Assembly (NCBI GenBank): GCA_963707955.1
Contig: OY970176.1
Coordinates: 1,440,001 to 1,504,000, forward strand
Source: Candidatus Bathyarchaeota archaeon
Lineage (GTDB): Archaea; Thermoproteota; Bathyarchaeia; Bathyarchaeales; Bathycorpusculaceae
Reading direction: 5' to 3'
Length of the DNA stretch: 64,000 bases
Under the pieces are notes generated by a model. The model was given only the letters and a program-made list of their open reading frames with translations, had not been told where the DNA came from and did no database searches. Positions 49,170 through 59,471 of the stretch are shown one piece after another. The number at the start of each line of letters is the position of its first letter. Positions within the stretch are counted from its first letter, which is position 1. The position numbers and the translations under genes were made by a program.

Positions 49170-49997
49170 GTGGATATGAGTCTCTTAGAAAGGACGAAAT
49201 CACTGCTTCGAAGCCATCGAAGCCTGCCGAAAAAGGCTTTTGGGCAGAACTTCATGATCGAACCTTCAATCTATCAACTCATGGTCAATTACGCTTCATT
49301 GAACCAGAACGACACGGTGCTGGATATTGGCGCAGGGTTAGGCTTTTTGACGCGTTTTGTAGCGGACAAGTGCAGAAGCGTTTTAGCTGTTGAGGCTGAC
49401 CCAGAACTCGCAACTGTTTTACGTCGACAACTTTCTCACCTCTTCAACGTGAAAATCATTGAAGGTAATATACTCAGAGTTAATATTCCGCAGTTCAACA
49501 AGATCGTTTCGACCCCACCCTATAATATTTCTTCACGTCTGCTCCTATGGATTTTGAACCAAGAGTTTGACTGTGCCGTGTTGGTCTTCCAAAGAGAGTT
49601 TGCAAATCGTCTTGCAGCTTCAGTGGGAAGTCGAAACTACGGGTGGCTTACGGTCTTGACATACTTTCAGGCTGAGGTTGAGCTTCTAGACGATGTTCCC
49701 AAATCCATGTTCTATCCGCCGCCAAAAATAGATTCTGTCGTCACTCGTTTAACTCCGCGAAGATCGAAGCTGCATAAGCTGGAAAATGAAGCCGCTTTCA
49801 AAAGAATTGTGCAACTGCTCTTCACGCAACGAAATAGAAAGGTCAGGACTGCGGTGTTGCCGTACCTGAAACATGTACGGATTCTATCCAAAAAGGAAGC
49901 GTGTAAGGTTGCTGAAACACTTCCTTTTCATGACATGCGGGTTAGGGAACTGGCGCCTGAGGATTTCGGAGCCTTAGCGGATGTCCTCATCGAATAG
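49170..49997 (+). CDS. rsmA: 16S rRNA dimethyladenosine transferase RsmA/KsgA
   Basis: GQNFM, DIGAGLG, PPYNIS, FYPPPKIDS. Confidence 0.94.
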   Translation: MDMSLLERTKSLLRSHRSLPKKAFGQNFMIEPSIYQLMVNYASLNQNDTVLDIGAGLGFLTRFVADKCRSVLAVEADPELATVLRRQLSHLFNVKIIEGNILRVNIPQFNKIVSTPPYNISSRLLLWILNQEFDCAVLVFQREFANRLAASVGSRNYGWLTVLTYFQAEVELLDDVPKSMFYPPPKIDSVVTRLTPRRSKLHKLENEAAFKRIVQLLFTQRNRKVRTAVLPYLKHVRILSKKEACKVAETLPFHDMRVRELAPEDFGALADVLIE

Positions 49998-50607
49998 ACG
50001 CATCTTCTTTGCGAACTGCGTTTTCCAAGTTGGAGAGAACGTCTACGAACCCGCTGAAGATTCATTCCTCTTCGCTGAGAATCTGCAGGTCAGGGAGAAG
50101 GAAAAAGTTATTGACATGGGAACAGGTTGCGGAATATTGGGCATTCTGGCGGCAGCGAAAGCGGACGAAGTGCTAGCGGTAGACATAAACCCGTATGCTG
50201 TCGCGTGCGCGAAAGAAAACGCCAAGCTGAATCACGCCTCTGGCAAGATCTTTTTCACGCAGGGAGACTTGTTTGGACCAATAAGAGTCGGGGAGGGGTT
50301 CGATGTGATCCTCTTCAACGCTCCATATCTCCCCTCGGAAGAGGTTGGAGAGAGCTCTTGGCTTGTTCGAGCTTGGGCAGGAGGCGTCTCTGGACGAGAC
50401 GTAATTAACGGTTTCATCCGCGAGGCTCCGAAGTATCTGAAGCATGACGGTGAAATCCTGTTGATGCAGTCAACGCTGTCAAACGTTGAAGAGACCTTTT
50501 GCAGGTTTAAGGAGAGAGGTTTGACGGTAAACGTTGTTGCGAAAAGGGACCTGCCGCTTTTTGAGACAATAGTCCTTCTCAAGGCAAAGTTGACAAATGG
50601 AAAATAG
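49981..50607 (+). CDS. HemK2/PrmC-like protein methyltransferase
   Basis: VYEPAEDS, DMGTGCG, FNAPYLP, WAGG. Confidence 0.92.
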   Translation: MSSSNRRIFFANCVFQVGENVYEPAEDSFLFAENLQVREKEKVIDMGTGCGILGILAAAKADEVLAVDINPYAVACAKENAKLNHASGKIFFTQGDLFGPIRVGEGFDVILFNAPYLPSEEVGESSWLVRAWAGGVSGRDVINGFIREAPKYLKHDGEILLMQSTLSNVEETFCRFKERGLTVNVVAKRDLPLFETIVLLKAKLTNGK

Positions 50608-50805
50608 TTGAGCTAGCGGGTGGTCGACCCTATCTCTGACAGGTCGCATTTGATGATTGATGCCTTGAGCAGCGAAGTGAGGAGGGTTATCACTGGGATC
50701 GCGTTCTCAAGGGAGGGTTCCGTTGTGTTCCTGGCTGGTTTCTTAGAAAAGAATATATTTTCTGGCCGAAGTCATTGGCTCTGCAGGGACTGGAGAAGCG
50801 TTTAG

Positions 50806-53571
50806 TTGGCGTCAGAATCTTGGCATGCGATGAATCTGGAAGAAACACTGAAAGCGTTGAACTCTACTGAGGCCGGCTTGAGTCAGGGAGAAGCGCAAAA
50901 ACGCTTGACTGACTATGGTCTGAATGAGCTGCGAAAGGAAAAGCGTACCTCTCCAGCAAAGATGTTTGCGGAGCAGTTCAAGGACATACTTGTCGTCATA
51001 TTACTGATCGCCACAGCACTCTCAGTAGCCATTGGCGAACTGATAGACGCAGTAGTCATAGTTGCTATAGTGTTGGCCACAGCGATCTTGGGTTTTGCAG
51101 AGGAATTTCGTTCCGAAAAGGCGGTTGAAGCTTTGAGGAAAATGACAGCGCCAACTGCAACGGTGCTGCGCGATGGTAAAGAAGTCAAGGTTCCGGCGAG
51201 CGAAATTGTTCCCGGAGATGTCCTGCTTTTGCACACTGGAGATAGAGTTCCAGCTGATGCACGACTAATCAAATCCATTAATCTTAAGGTGAATGAAGCT
51301 CCGTTGACAGGCGAATCTTCTCCTGTGAAGAAGAATGTTGATGTGTGCGTTGAGAAAACCTCGCTTAACGATCGTCGAAACATGGTTTTCGCCGGAACGG
51401 CTGTCGTCTACGGCCGAGGTGAGGCAGTTGCCACATCGACAGGTATGAACACGGAGTTTGGAAAGATCGCTAGGATGGTGCAGATGGCAGAGGAAGAGGA
51501 AACTCCGCTTGAGAAGAGAACTCGATCCGTCGGCAAATGGATCGGCATATTGTGCGTGGCGATCTGTCTGGGAGTGGCCGGTTTAGGCATCGTTGAAGGC
51601 AGTAACATCATTGACATGATGTTGTGGGGAGTAAGCTTGGCAGTGGTTGCGGTTCCTGAAGCATTGCCAGCCATCGTTACAGGGGCACTTGCAGTAGGCA
51701 TGTATCGTATGGCCAAGGTTAACACGATAGTTAAGAAATTGCCAGCCGTTGAAACGCTGGGCTGCGTCAGTGTCATATGCTCCGATAAGACGGGAACGAT
51801 GACGAAAGGCGAAATGACAGTGCAGAGAATCTACGTGGATGATCAGATCTTGAAGGTTTCAGGGGTCGGCTATGAGCCAAAAGGCGAATTTCTCTTGGAA
51901 AACCGCAAAGTCGATCCGAAAAGTAAAGGACTCCGCACAATTCTGACTGTTGCCGCACTGTGCAATGACGCGAAACTGGAAAGAGACACTGCCACGGAAA
52001 GATGGGTCATCAGGGGAGACCCCACAGAGGGAGCGCTGATCGTCGGAGCGGCGAAAGCTGGATTGTGGAAGGAGGACCTGGAAGAGCAGCAGCCCCGTGT
52101 AGGGGAGATCCCGTTCTCTTCAGATACAAAACGCATGACGACCATGCACGTCGTGTCTGGCAAGAAAAAAATCGCCTACTTGAAAGGAGCGCCTGAAATA
52201 GTATTGGACAAATGTACAAAAGTTTTGGCGAGTGGCAAGGTTTCTGATCTGACTGAAAGTGGTCGGGCGCGAATCCTTGAAGTGAATGAGGCCATGGCAA
52301 GACAAGCCTTAAGGAACTTGGGCTTTGCTTTCAGAGAACTGCCTGAAACAATGAGGGTATACGATGAGAAGATTGAGAGTGACTTTGTTTTTGTCGGCAT
52401 TATGAGCATGATTGACCCGCCGCGCGAAGAGGTAAAAGATGCGATACACACGTGCAAGAAAGCCGGGATAGACGTTGTGATGGTGACGGGTGATCATAGG
52501 CTTACGGCAGTGGCAGTGGCTAAGGAGCTGAATCTGCTCGGTGAGGACGAAGAGGAAGAAAAAGTGTTGACAGGCGCTGAGCTGGGAAAGTTGAGCGATG
52601 AACAGTTGGCTGACATGGTTGAGAGGGTTGTGGTCTATGCACGCGTTTCGCCCGAGCACAAGGTACGGATAGTCAAGGCTTGGAAAGCGAAGGGCCGCGT
52701 CGTGGCCATGACTGGTGATGGTGTTAATGATGCGCCAGCTCTCAAGATGTCAGACGTAGGCGTTTCTATGGGCATAACGGGAACAGATGTGACCAAGGAG
52801 GCGTCGGACATTGTCTTAACAGACGATAACTTTGCCTCCATAGTCAAGGCGGCAAAAGAAGGACGCCAAATATATGACAACATCAAGAAGTACCTCACGT
52901 ACCTTATGCGCTGCAACATAATGGAAATCCTAGTTATCTTCATAGCGGTGGTCTCCGTTCCAAGTCTCGCAAGGATCTATTCGCCGACCGCCCGCGCCGA
53001 CGACATCGGTATCGCAACGATAGCTTTGACTGCGACACAATTGCTCTGGGTGAACCTTACTACGGATGGCTTGCCGGCGATAGCGCTGGGCATTGATCCG
53101 GGTGACCCTGATATAATGGAGAGGAAACCGCGCGATCCAAACGAGAGTGTCTTCACACTTGATGTCAAACTCTACCTGTCGCTGATTCCGATACTAATGA
53201 CTGCTCTGCTTCTGTTTGGATACTTTTTCTATCGACCGTGGGAAAGCTCAGCTCAACTAATAGAGGGTCGAACTCAGCTGCTGACCGCCATGATTATCAT
53301 GGAGTTGGCCAATGCTATTTCTGCCCGGTCACTGAAATATCCAGTGTGGAAAGTAGGCGTGTTCAAAAACAGATTTCTGTGGTACGCTGTGCTCTCGTCG
53401 TTCTTCCTCCAGCTTATTGTGCTCTACACACCAGGTCTAAACGCAGTCTTCGGCGTGTCGGCACCTGAACCACTCGATTGGGCGTTTGCAGTACTGTTCA
53501 CCGCGATAACCTTCTGTTCACTGGAAACTGCGAAGTGGATAACAAGCAGCAGAGGCAAGAAGCATGTTTAG
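50806..53571 (+). CDS. Cation-transporting P-type ATPase (type IIA, Ca2+-like)
   Basis: TGES, VPEALP, CSDKTGT, KGAPE, MTGDGVNDAPALK, WVNLTTDG. Confidence 0.95.
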   Translation: MASESWHAMNLEETLKALNSTEAGLSQGEAQKRLTDYGLNELRKEKRTSPAKMFAEQFKDILVVILLIATALSVAIGELIDAVVIVAIVLATAILGFAEEFRSEKAVEALRKMTAPTATVLRDGKEVKVPASEIVPGDVLLLHTGDRVPADARLIKSINLKVNEAPLTGESSPVKKNVDVCVEKTSLNDRRNMVFAGTAVVYGRGEAVATSTGMNTEFGKIARMVQMAEEEETPLEKRTRSVGKWIGILCVAICLGVAGLGIVEGSNIIDMMLWGVSLAVVAVPEALPAIVTGALAVGMYRMAKVNTIVKKLPAVETLGCVSVICSDKTGTMTKGEMTVQRIYVDDQILKVSGVGYEPKGEFLLENRKVDPKSKGLRTILTVAALCNDAKLERDTATERWVIRGDPTEGALIVGAAKAGLWKEDLEEQQPRVGEIPFSSDTKRMTTMHVVSGKKKIAYLKGAPEIVLDKCTKVLASGKVSDLTESGRARILEVNEAMARQALRNLGFAFRELPETMRVYDEKIESDFVFVGIMSMIDPPREEVKDAIHTCKKAGIDVVMVTGDHRLTAVAVAKELNLLGEDEEEEKVLTGAELGKLSDEQLADMVERVVVYARVSPEHKVRIVKAWKAKGRVVAMTGDGVNDAPALKMSDVGVSMGITGTDVTKEASDIVLTDDNFASIVKAAKEGRQIYDNIKKYLTYLMRCNIMEILVIFIAVVSVPSLARIYSPTARADDIGIATIALTATQLLWVNLTTDGLPAIALGIDPGDPDIMERKPRDPNESVFTLDVKLYLSLIPILMTALLLFGYFFYRPWESSAQLIEGRTQLLTAMIIMELANAISARSLKYPVWKVGVFKNRFLWYAVLSSFFLQLIVLYTPGLNAVFGVSAPEPLDWAFAVLFTAITFCSLETAKWITSSRGKKHV

Positions 53572-53636
53572 AAAAACTTAAATTCGGAGCAATGTGAAAA
53601 GTGCGTCTAACAATAGAGTTGAAGGGCTGAAAAGAA

Positions 53637-54218
53637 ATGAGCGAAAAATTGGCAAATCCAGCACCACTTGGACTATTGGCATTCGGCCTAACAACTGTTC
53701 TATTGAATCTCTTCAACGCCGGATTGTTATTGTCAACTTCTTTAAGCATGATCTTGGCAATGGGGTTGGCTTACGGAGGGCTGGCTCAAATAATAGCAGG
53801 TGCAATGGAGTTTAAGAAAGGTAACACGTTTGGTACGGTCGCATTTTCCTCTTATGGTTTCTTCTGGTGGTCACTTGTTTTCTTGATCTTGCTGCCAGAC
53901 CTAGTTTCGGGATTACCAAACTCCTTTGCTGATTCGCAAGCTATGGCGGCATACTTCTTCATGTGGGGCTTATTCACATTTGCAATGTTCTTTGGAACAT
54001 TGAAAGCAAACAGAGCAATACAATTTGTCTTCATGAGCCTAGCTATACTCTTCTTCATGCTAACTGCCAGTCAGATTACGGGGAATGCAACACTACTGAA
54101 GATAACAGGTTACGAAGGAGTCGTTTGTGGACTCAGCGCGGTTTACTTGGGCTTGGCTGAAGTACTGAACGAGGCCCATGGAAAAGCTTTCCTGCCTATA
54201 GGCCCCATGAGCAAATAG
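53637..54218 (+). CDS. satP: Acetate uptake transporter (SatP/GPR1/FUN34/YaaH)
   Basis: ANPAPLGL signature, YGGLAQ, NTFG. Confidence 0.92.
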   Translation: MSEKLANPAPLGLLAFGLTTVLLNLFNAGLLLSTSLSMILAMGLAYGGLAQIIAGAMEFKKGNTFGTVAFSSYGFFWWSLVFLILLPDLVSGLPNSFADSQAMAAYFFMWGLFTFAMFFGTLKANRAIQFVFMSLAILFFMLTASQITGNATLLKITGYEGVVCGLSAVYLGLAEVLNEAHGKAFLPIGPMSK

Positions 54219-54302
54219 AAGCCTTTGCCCTTTCTATTTTCAACCGAAAACGTTTATATTTTCGAAAGAAGGTCTTTCCACGAATTCACTGAAGGTTAGA
54301 AG

Positions 54303-56243
54303 ATGTCAGAGGCAAGCTTACCGTTTGATGAGAAGGTTTACCCTGGGAAAATCCTCAAGGCGGAGTGGGAGAGGTCGATAAAGAATCCTCAGGAGTTTTG
54401 GGCGGAAAAAGCAAAGGCTATAGACTGGTTTAGGACTTGGGACAAGGTTTTGGATGATTCGAACAGGCCGTTCTACAAGTGGTTTTCAGGCGGCATTCTG
54501 AACATATGTTACAACGCGCTTGACAGGCACTTGCAAACGTCCAGAAAGAACATGCTGGCTTACATTTGGGAAGGCGAGAGCGGGGAGGTCAGAACCTTCA
54601 CGTACTATCAGCTTTATCGGGAAGTGAACAGGCTCGCCAAAGTCTTCAAAGACCTGGGGCTCAAGAAGAGCGACAGAGTGGCCGTCTATCTGCCCATGAT
54701 CCCTGAACTTCCGATCACGTTGCTCGCGTGTGCTCGTTTGGGTGCCGTGCACACAGTGGTCTTTTCGGGTTTCAGCGCGGAAGCCCTTGCAGACAGGATA
54801 AACGACTGTGAAGCGAAGATTCTGGTGACGGCTGACGGTGCCTACCGACGCGGAAAAACCGTTGCACTAAAAGACACTGCGGACCGTGCGGTGCAGAGCA
54901 CGCCGACCGTCCAAAAAGTCGTTGTGGTCAAGAGGACTGGACAGAACGTTCCGATGAGAGAAGGCCGCGATGTCTGGTACAATGAAGCGATGAGCAAAGT
55001 GGAACAAAATGCCTACGTTGCCCCTGAGCCGATGGAAGCTACTGAGCCCCTGTTCATACTTTACACGTCTGGAACTACGGGCAAGCCTAAGGGGGTTCAA
55101 CATGGTATCGGCGGCTACTTGGTCTGGGGATATTGGACGTTGAAGTGGGGTTTCAATCCGAATGATGAGGACATCTGGTGGTGCACGGCTGACATAGGTT
55201 GGATCACTGGTCACACGTACAACGTTTACGCTCCGCTGGCCTTGGGAATAACATCATTCATTTTTGAGGGGACGCCGGACTATCCCGCTCAAGATCGATG
55301 GTGGGACATGATCGAGAGACACGGGGTGACAATACTTTACACCACGCCGACGGCGATCAGGATGTTCATGAAGTTCGGTGAACAGTGGGCGACGAAGCAT
55401 GATCTGAGCACGCTAAGGCTCTTAGGAACTGTTGGCGAACCCATAAACCCCGAGGCTTGGAGATGGTACTACCGTGTCATAGGGAAAGAGAAACTTGCGG
55501 TCATAGACACGTGGTGGCAGACTGAAACGGGAGGTTTCATGATAGCTCCTCTTCCAGGCATAGAGCTTGTGCCATTGAAACCGGGTTCTGCGACGAATCC
55601 TCTGCCAAGCGTCTACCCAGAAGTCTACGATGAGAAAGGGCAACAAACGCCTACGGGTGTTAAAGGGTTCTTGGTGATCAAGACACCGTGGCCAGGGATG
55701 CTCGAAACGATATGGAAGGATCCCGACAGGTACAAGCAGACGTACTTCGGAAGATGGCCCAACATCTACTACACGGGAGACTACGCGGTCAGAGATCCCG
55801 ACGGTTACTTCTGGCTGCTAGGAAGAGCTGATGAGGTTTTGAAGGTTGCCGGACACAGAATAGGCACTGTGGAGCTTGAAAGCGCGCTTGTTTCACACCC
55901 GGCGGTTTCAGAAGCTGCCGTCATGGGCAAGGAAGACGCGCTGAAAGGCGAGGTGCCCGTGGCCTTTGTCACGCTGAGAAGCGGTTTCCAACCATCAGAC
56001 CAACTGCGCGCGGACCTGGTGAAGCACATAAGGGAGACGATAGGTCCGATCGCAACGCCGGACGCAATCGTGATCGTGAACAAGCTGCCGAAGACGCGCA
56101 GTGGAAAGATCATGCGAAGACTGTTGAAGGCGGTTCTAGCCGGAGCGGCCTTGGGTGACGTGTCGACGTTGGAGGACGAAGGTTCGGTTGATGAGATCAA
56201 GGCGACCTACGAAGAGATGAGGAAACAGCTGGACAAGAAATAG
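54303..56243 (+). CDS. acs: AMP-forming acetyl-CoA synthetase
   Basis: YTSGTTGKPKG, DTWWQTETG, LPKTRSGKIMRR. Confidence 0.95.
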   Translation: MSEASLPFDEKVYPGKILKAEWERSIKNPQEFWAEKAKAIDWFRTWDKVLDDSNRPFYKWFSGGILNICYNALDRHLQTSRKNMLAYIWEGESGEVRTFTYYQLYREVNRLAKVFKDLGLKKSDRVAVYLPMIPELPITLLACARLGAVHTVVFSGFSAEALADRINDCEAKILVTADGAYRRGKTVALKDTADRAVQSTPTVQKVVVVKRTGQNVPMREGRDVWYNEAMSKVEQNAYVAPEPMEATEPLFILYTSGTTGKPKGVQHGIGGYLVWGYWTLKWGFNPNDEDIWWCTADIGWITGHTYNVYAPLALGITSFIFEGTPDYPAQDRWWDMIERHGVTILYTTPTAIRMFMKFGEQWATKHDLSTLRLLGTVGEPINPEAWRWYYRVIGKEKLAVIDTWWQTETGGFMIAPLPGIELVPLKPGSATNPLPSVYPEVYDEKGQQTPTGVKGFLVIKTPWPGMLETIWKDPDRYKQTYFGRWPNIYYTGDYAVRDPDGYFWLLGRADEVLKVAGHRIGTVELESALVSHPAVSEAAVMGKEDALKGEVPVAFVTLRSGFQPSDQLRADLVKHIRETIGPIATPDAIVIVNKLPKTRSGKIMRRLLKAVLAGAALGDVSTLEDEGSVDEIKATYEEMRKQLDKK

Positions 56244-56327
56244 CTCGATTTCTTTTTTCTCAATTGCTTTCAAGCGTGCCAACAGTAACCTAGGCAAAAC
56301 TCTAGTTTCGATGGTGTAAGCGTCGCT

Positions 56328-57650
56328 TTATGGGTAGAATCGTCTGGTTGTCCTCGGGAAGGGTATTGCGTCTATTATGTTCTTTAAGTCGAGCATCCAT
56401 GTTAGCACCCTTTCTAGACCCATTCCGAAGCCCATGTGTGGAACAGTGCCGTATCGTCGCAGGTCAATGTACCAATCGTAATCTTCGGCTTTGAGGCCTT
56501 GTTCTTTGATTCTTCTGATCAATTCTTCTTTGTCGTCCTCTCTTGCTCCGCCTGTTGAAATCTCGCCGATTCTTGGGACGAGCATGTCTGTTGACATGGC
56601 GATTTCCGGCTTGTCCCTGTATGTTTTGCAGTAGAAGGCTTTGATCTGTTTTGGGTAGTCGTACACGAAGAAGGGTTTGCCAAACTCGTCTGCCAGGGCT
56701 TTTTCGTCCTCGTAGCCCAGGTCGTCGCCCCATTTTGTTTTGAGACCTTTTGCGTGCAGCTTCTCAATGGCCTCCGTGTAGGTTATTCTTGGGAACGGCG
56801 TCTTGACCAACTGGAGTTTCTTCATGTCGGAACCCAGCTCTTCAAACTGAGGTTTGCAACTCTGCATGGTTCTTTTGCAGACATAGGTTAGGAGTTCTTC
56901 CTCGAGTCGCATCAGATCGTTCATGTCGGCGAATGCCTGTTCTGCTTCGATGTGCCAGTATTCGCTTAGGTGTCGTATTGTCCGGCTTTTTTCAGCTCTG
57001 AAAGATGGAGCGATGCAGTAGACTTTCTCCAGTGAGTATATCAGAATTTCAAGATAGAGCTGCGCGCTCTGGGTCAAGTACATGTTCTCGTCGAAGTACT
57101 TCAAGCCGAAGAGCGTTGACCCGCCTTCGACAGCGCTTGTGACGAACATTGGAGGGGAGACTTCAACGAACTCTCGTTTTCTGAAGAACTCGTGTGTGAA
57201 CCTCAGCAAATCATTGCGGACTTTCATTATGACGGTCATGTCTCGACTTCGGAGCCACAGGTGTCGAACATTCCGCAGGAAATCCTCGGTGTCTGCTTCT
57301 TCCTCCTGTTGTTCTCCTACGGTTACCTTTGTGCCTTTGGTTATTGGGAAGGATTCTGCCAATCCGATGATTGAGAGTTTCTTAGCCGACACTTCATATC
57401 CGCCAGGAGCTCGTGCATCCATCCTGACGGTGCCCTCAAGCATTACTGAGGATTCGATCGTGGCTTTTTCAGCTTCAGGCCAAGCTTTGCTTTCTTTCTT
57501 CACCGGGCACTGAATGATTCCTGTCGAGTCACGCACAAGCAGGAAAATCGTCTGTTTCTCTCCTCTCTTGCGGTAGACCCAGCCTCGGACCGCCACTGTT
57601 TTGCTTTCAAAATGGCCGTCCAAGACTTCTTGAATGGGAACAATGCGCAT
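56328..57650 (-). CDS. asnS: Asparagine--tRNA ligase
   Basis: OB fold VRGWV, FRAEKSRTIRHLSEYW, DLRRYGTVPHMGFGMGLER. Confidence 0.88.
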   Translation of the reverse strand: MRIVPIQEVLDGHFESKTVAVRGWVYRKRGEKQTIFLLVRDSTGIIQCPVKKESKAWPEAEKATIESSVMLEGTVRMDARAPGGYEVSAKKLSIIGLAESFPITKGTKVTVGEQQEEEADTEDFLRNVRHLWLRSRDMTVIMKVRNDLLRFTHEFFRKREFVEVSPPMFVTSAVEGGSTLFGLKYFDENMYLTQSAQLYLEILIYSLEKVYCIAPSFRAEKSRTIRHLSEYWHIEAEQAFADMNDLMRLEEELLTYVCKRTMQSCKPQFEELGSDMKKLQLVKTPFPRITYTEAIEKLHAKGLKTKWGDDLGYEDEKALADEFGKPFFVYDYPKQIKAFYCKTYRDKPEIAMSTDMLVPRIGEISTGGAREDDKEELIRRIKEQGLKAEDYDWYIDLRRYGTVPHMGFGMGLERVLTWMLDLKNIIDAIPFPRTTRRFYP

Positions 57651-58044
57651 GCAGGTCAACCTTTCCCTCTCAATACTGTTTCCAGACCTAAATACCTATC
57701 CTGAATCTCACACTTCTTTGGCGCTAGGGTCCGAAATTTTGAAAAATTCGCTGATCTACAGCGGAGAAGCGCCAACAGCAAGCAGGATAAAGGGCAGTTG
57801 TGGCGAAACATAAGTGTAGAGTGCGCCGGCGAGAAGCAGGGCAAACGCTTGACTTACTCAGATGAAGAACTGGCCGCATCCGATGACTTTTCCTCTGAGG
57901 AACGAGTAATGGTTTTCGTGACTTGAAGCTTGCTTCTTCGTTCAAGTGCCACTGAAAACACGCATATAAGCTGTAAGAGGCGACGCTTATTGACGCATCA
58001 TAATTCTTAAATCTCCGGCTCTTAAGCATTATAGCGAGACTGTT

Positions 58045-59412
58045 TTGGAAACTTTGGAAAGCGGTTACAAGCTCAGAACGCTTATGCGTTCGACGATTGC
58101 CATTTCGAGCGTCATTCTTGTGGAAGTTATTCTCGGCCTGATGGTGAACAGTCTGGCAATCGTTAGCGACGGTTTGCATGCCCTTCTTGACGCTTTGACG
58201 ACGTTCATGCTTTTCGTTGCGACTCGCATGTCTATCAAGCCCCCTGACGAGGAGCACATGTATGGGCACGAGAAGTTTGAGTCAGTGGGCGGTTTTATCG
58301 GTGGTTTTGCACTCATAACCGTGGCGTTGCTGATACTTTACGAGGCCGTTTTGAAAACAGTGACCCATCAGACTGTCAACACTGGAATAGAATACGTTGG
58401 TTTCATAGCGATCGGTTACACGTTCTGCATAGATTTCTTCAGGGTCGGAACGCTCATGAGGGCGCGTAGGAGTGAAAGTGTCACGATGAGGGCAGGGTTC
58501 TACCATGCCATAGCGGATCTGAGTTCGACTGTGATAGCATTCGCAGGGTTTGGGCTGGCGACGCTGGGATTCAACTACGGGGATTCGCTGGCATCGATGG
58601 TTCTAGGCGTCTTGTTAACCTATCTTAGCGTCAAACTTGTTTGGAGCAGCGGAATGGAACTCACCGACACGGTGTCGAAGGGCTTAGCAAACAAGGTCAA
58701 GAAAGAGATTCTAGGCACAATTGGTGTCTGCAGGTTCGAGAACCTGAAGATCAGGAAGGCAGGCGAGAAGACCTTTGTCAGAGCTACTTTGCAGGTCCCA
58801 GATTACATGGGCCTTGAAGAGGCTCACGATCTGGCCTCAAACGTTGAGGCAAAAATAAAGAGCGTGCTGGGCAACGCGGAGGTTGCGATACACACCGAGC
58901 CTTGTATGACAGAAATGCCGACCGAGAAGCTTGTGGAGAAATTGGCGACAGAAGTTGCGGGTGTAAAGGAGGTGCATGAGGTCAACGTGGCATACGCGAA
59001 GAGTAGGCTGTACATCACGTTGCATGCGTGCGTGGATCCGAAGCTGTCAGTTGAGGAGGCTCACGAAATGGCTGAGAGGATTGAGATGAGAATAGAGCAG
59101 GAATTAAGGAACGTTGAGGACGTGGCAGTGCACATGGAACCTTTGAGTCTCGGGGAGAGACGAGGGACAGCAGTGGACGAAAGTGAGATCAGGAGAATTG
59201 TTCACGCATTAGCTGATAGTTATCAGCAGGCGTTTCGTGTCAAGGGGATAGTCACCTACGTTGCCGACAGGAAGCGTTACATAAACATTGATTGCAGTTT
59301 CACTAAGCAGATTTCGATTGAAGAAGCGCATGAGATCGCTTCGCAGATTGAAGAGCAGGTCAGAGAACATTTTGCGGAGACGACGGTTACGGTTCACGTT
59401 GAGCCAAGTTGA
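58045..59412 (+). CDS. Cation diffusion facilitator with three tandem C-terminal dimerisation domains
   Basis: SDGLHALLD, HMYGHEKFE, HAIAD; three EEAH...H.EP repeats. Confidence 0.9.
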   Translation: METLESGYKLRTLMRSTIAISSVILVEVILGLMVNSLAIVSDGLHALLDALTTFMLFVATRMSIKPPDEEHMYGHEKFESVGGFIGGFALITVALLILYEAVLKTVTHQTVNTGIEYVGFIAIGYTFCIDFFRVGTLMRARRSESVTMRAGFYHAIADLSSTVIAFAGFGLATLGFNYGDSLASMVLGVLLTYLSVKLVWSSGMELTDTVSKGLANKVKKEILGTIGVCRFENLKIRKAGEKTFVRATLQVPDYMGLEEAHDLASNVEAKIKSVLGNAEVAIHTEPCMTEMPTEKLVEKLATEVAGVKEVHEVNVAYAKSRLYITLHACVDPKLSVEEAHEMAERIEMRIEQELRNVEDVAVHMEPLSLGERRGTAVDESEIRRIVHALADSYQQAFRVKGIVTYVADRKRYINIDCSFTKQISIEEAHEIASQIEEQVREHFAETTVTVHVEPS

Positions 59413-59471
59413 GCGTCTTCCTCGGTTGGCTTTCTATTTTGAAGAGTGGAAAAAGATGGGAGGAGAAGGGA

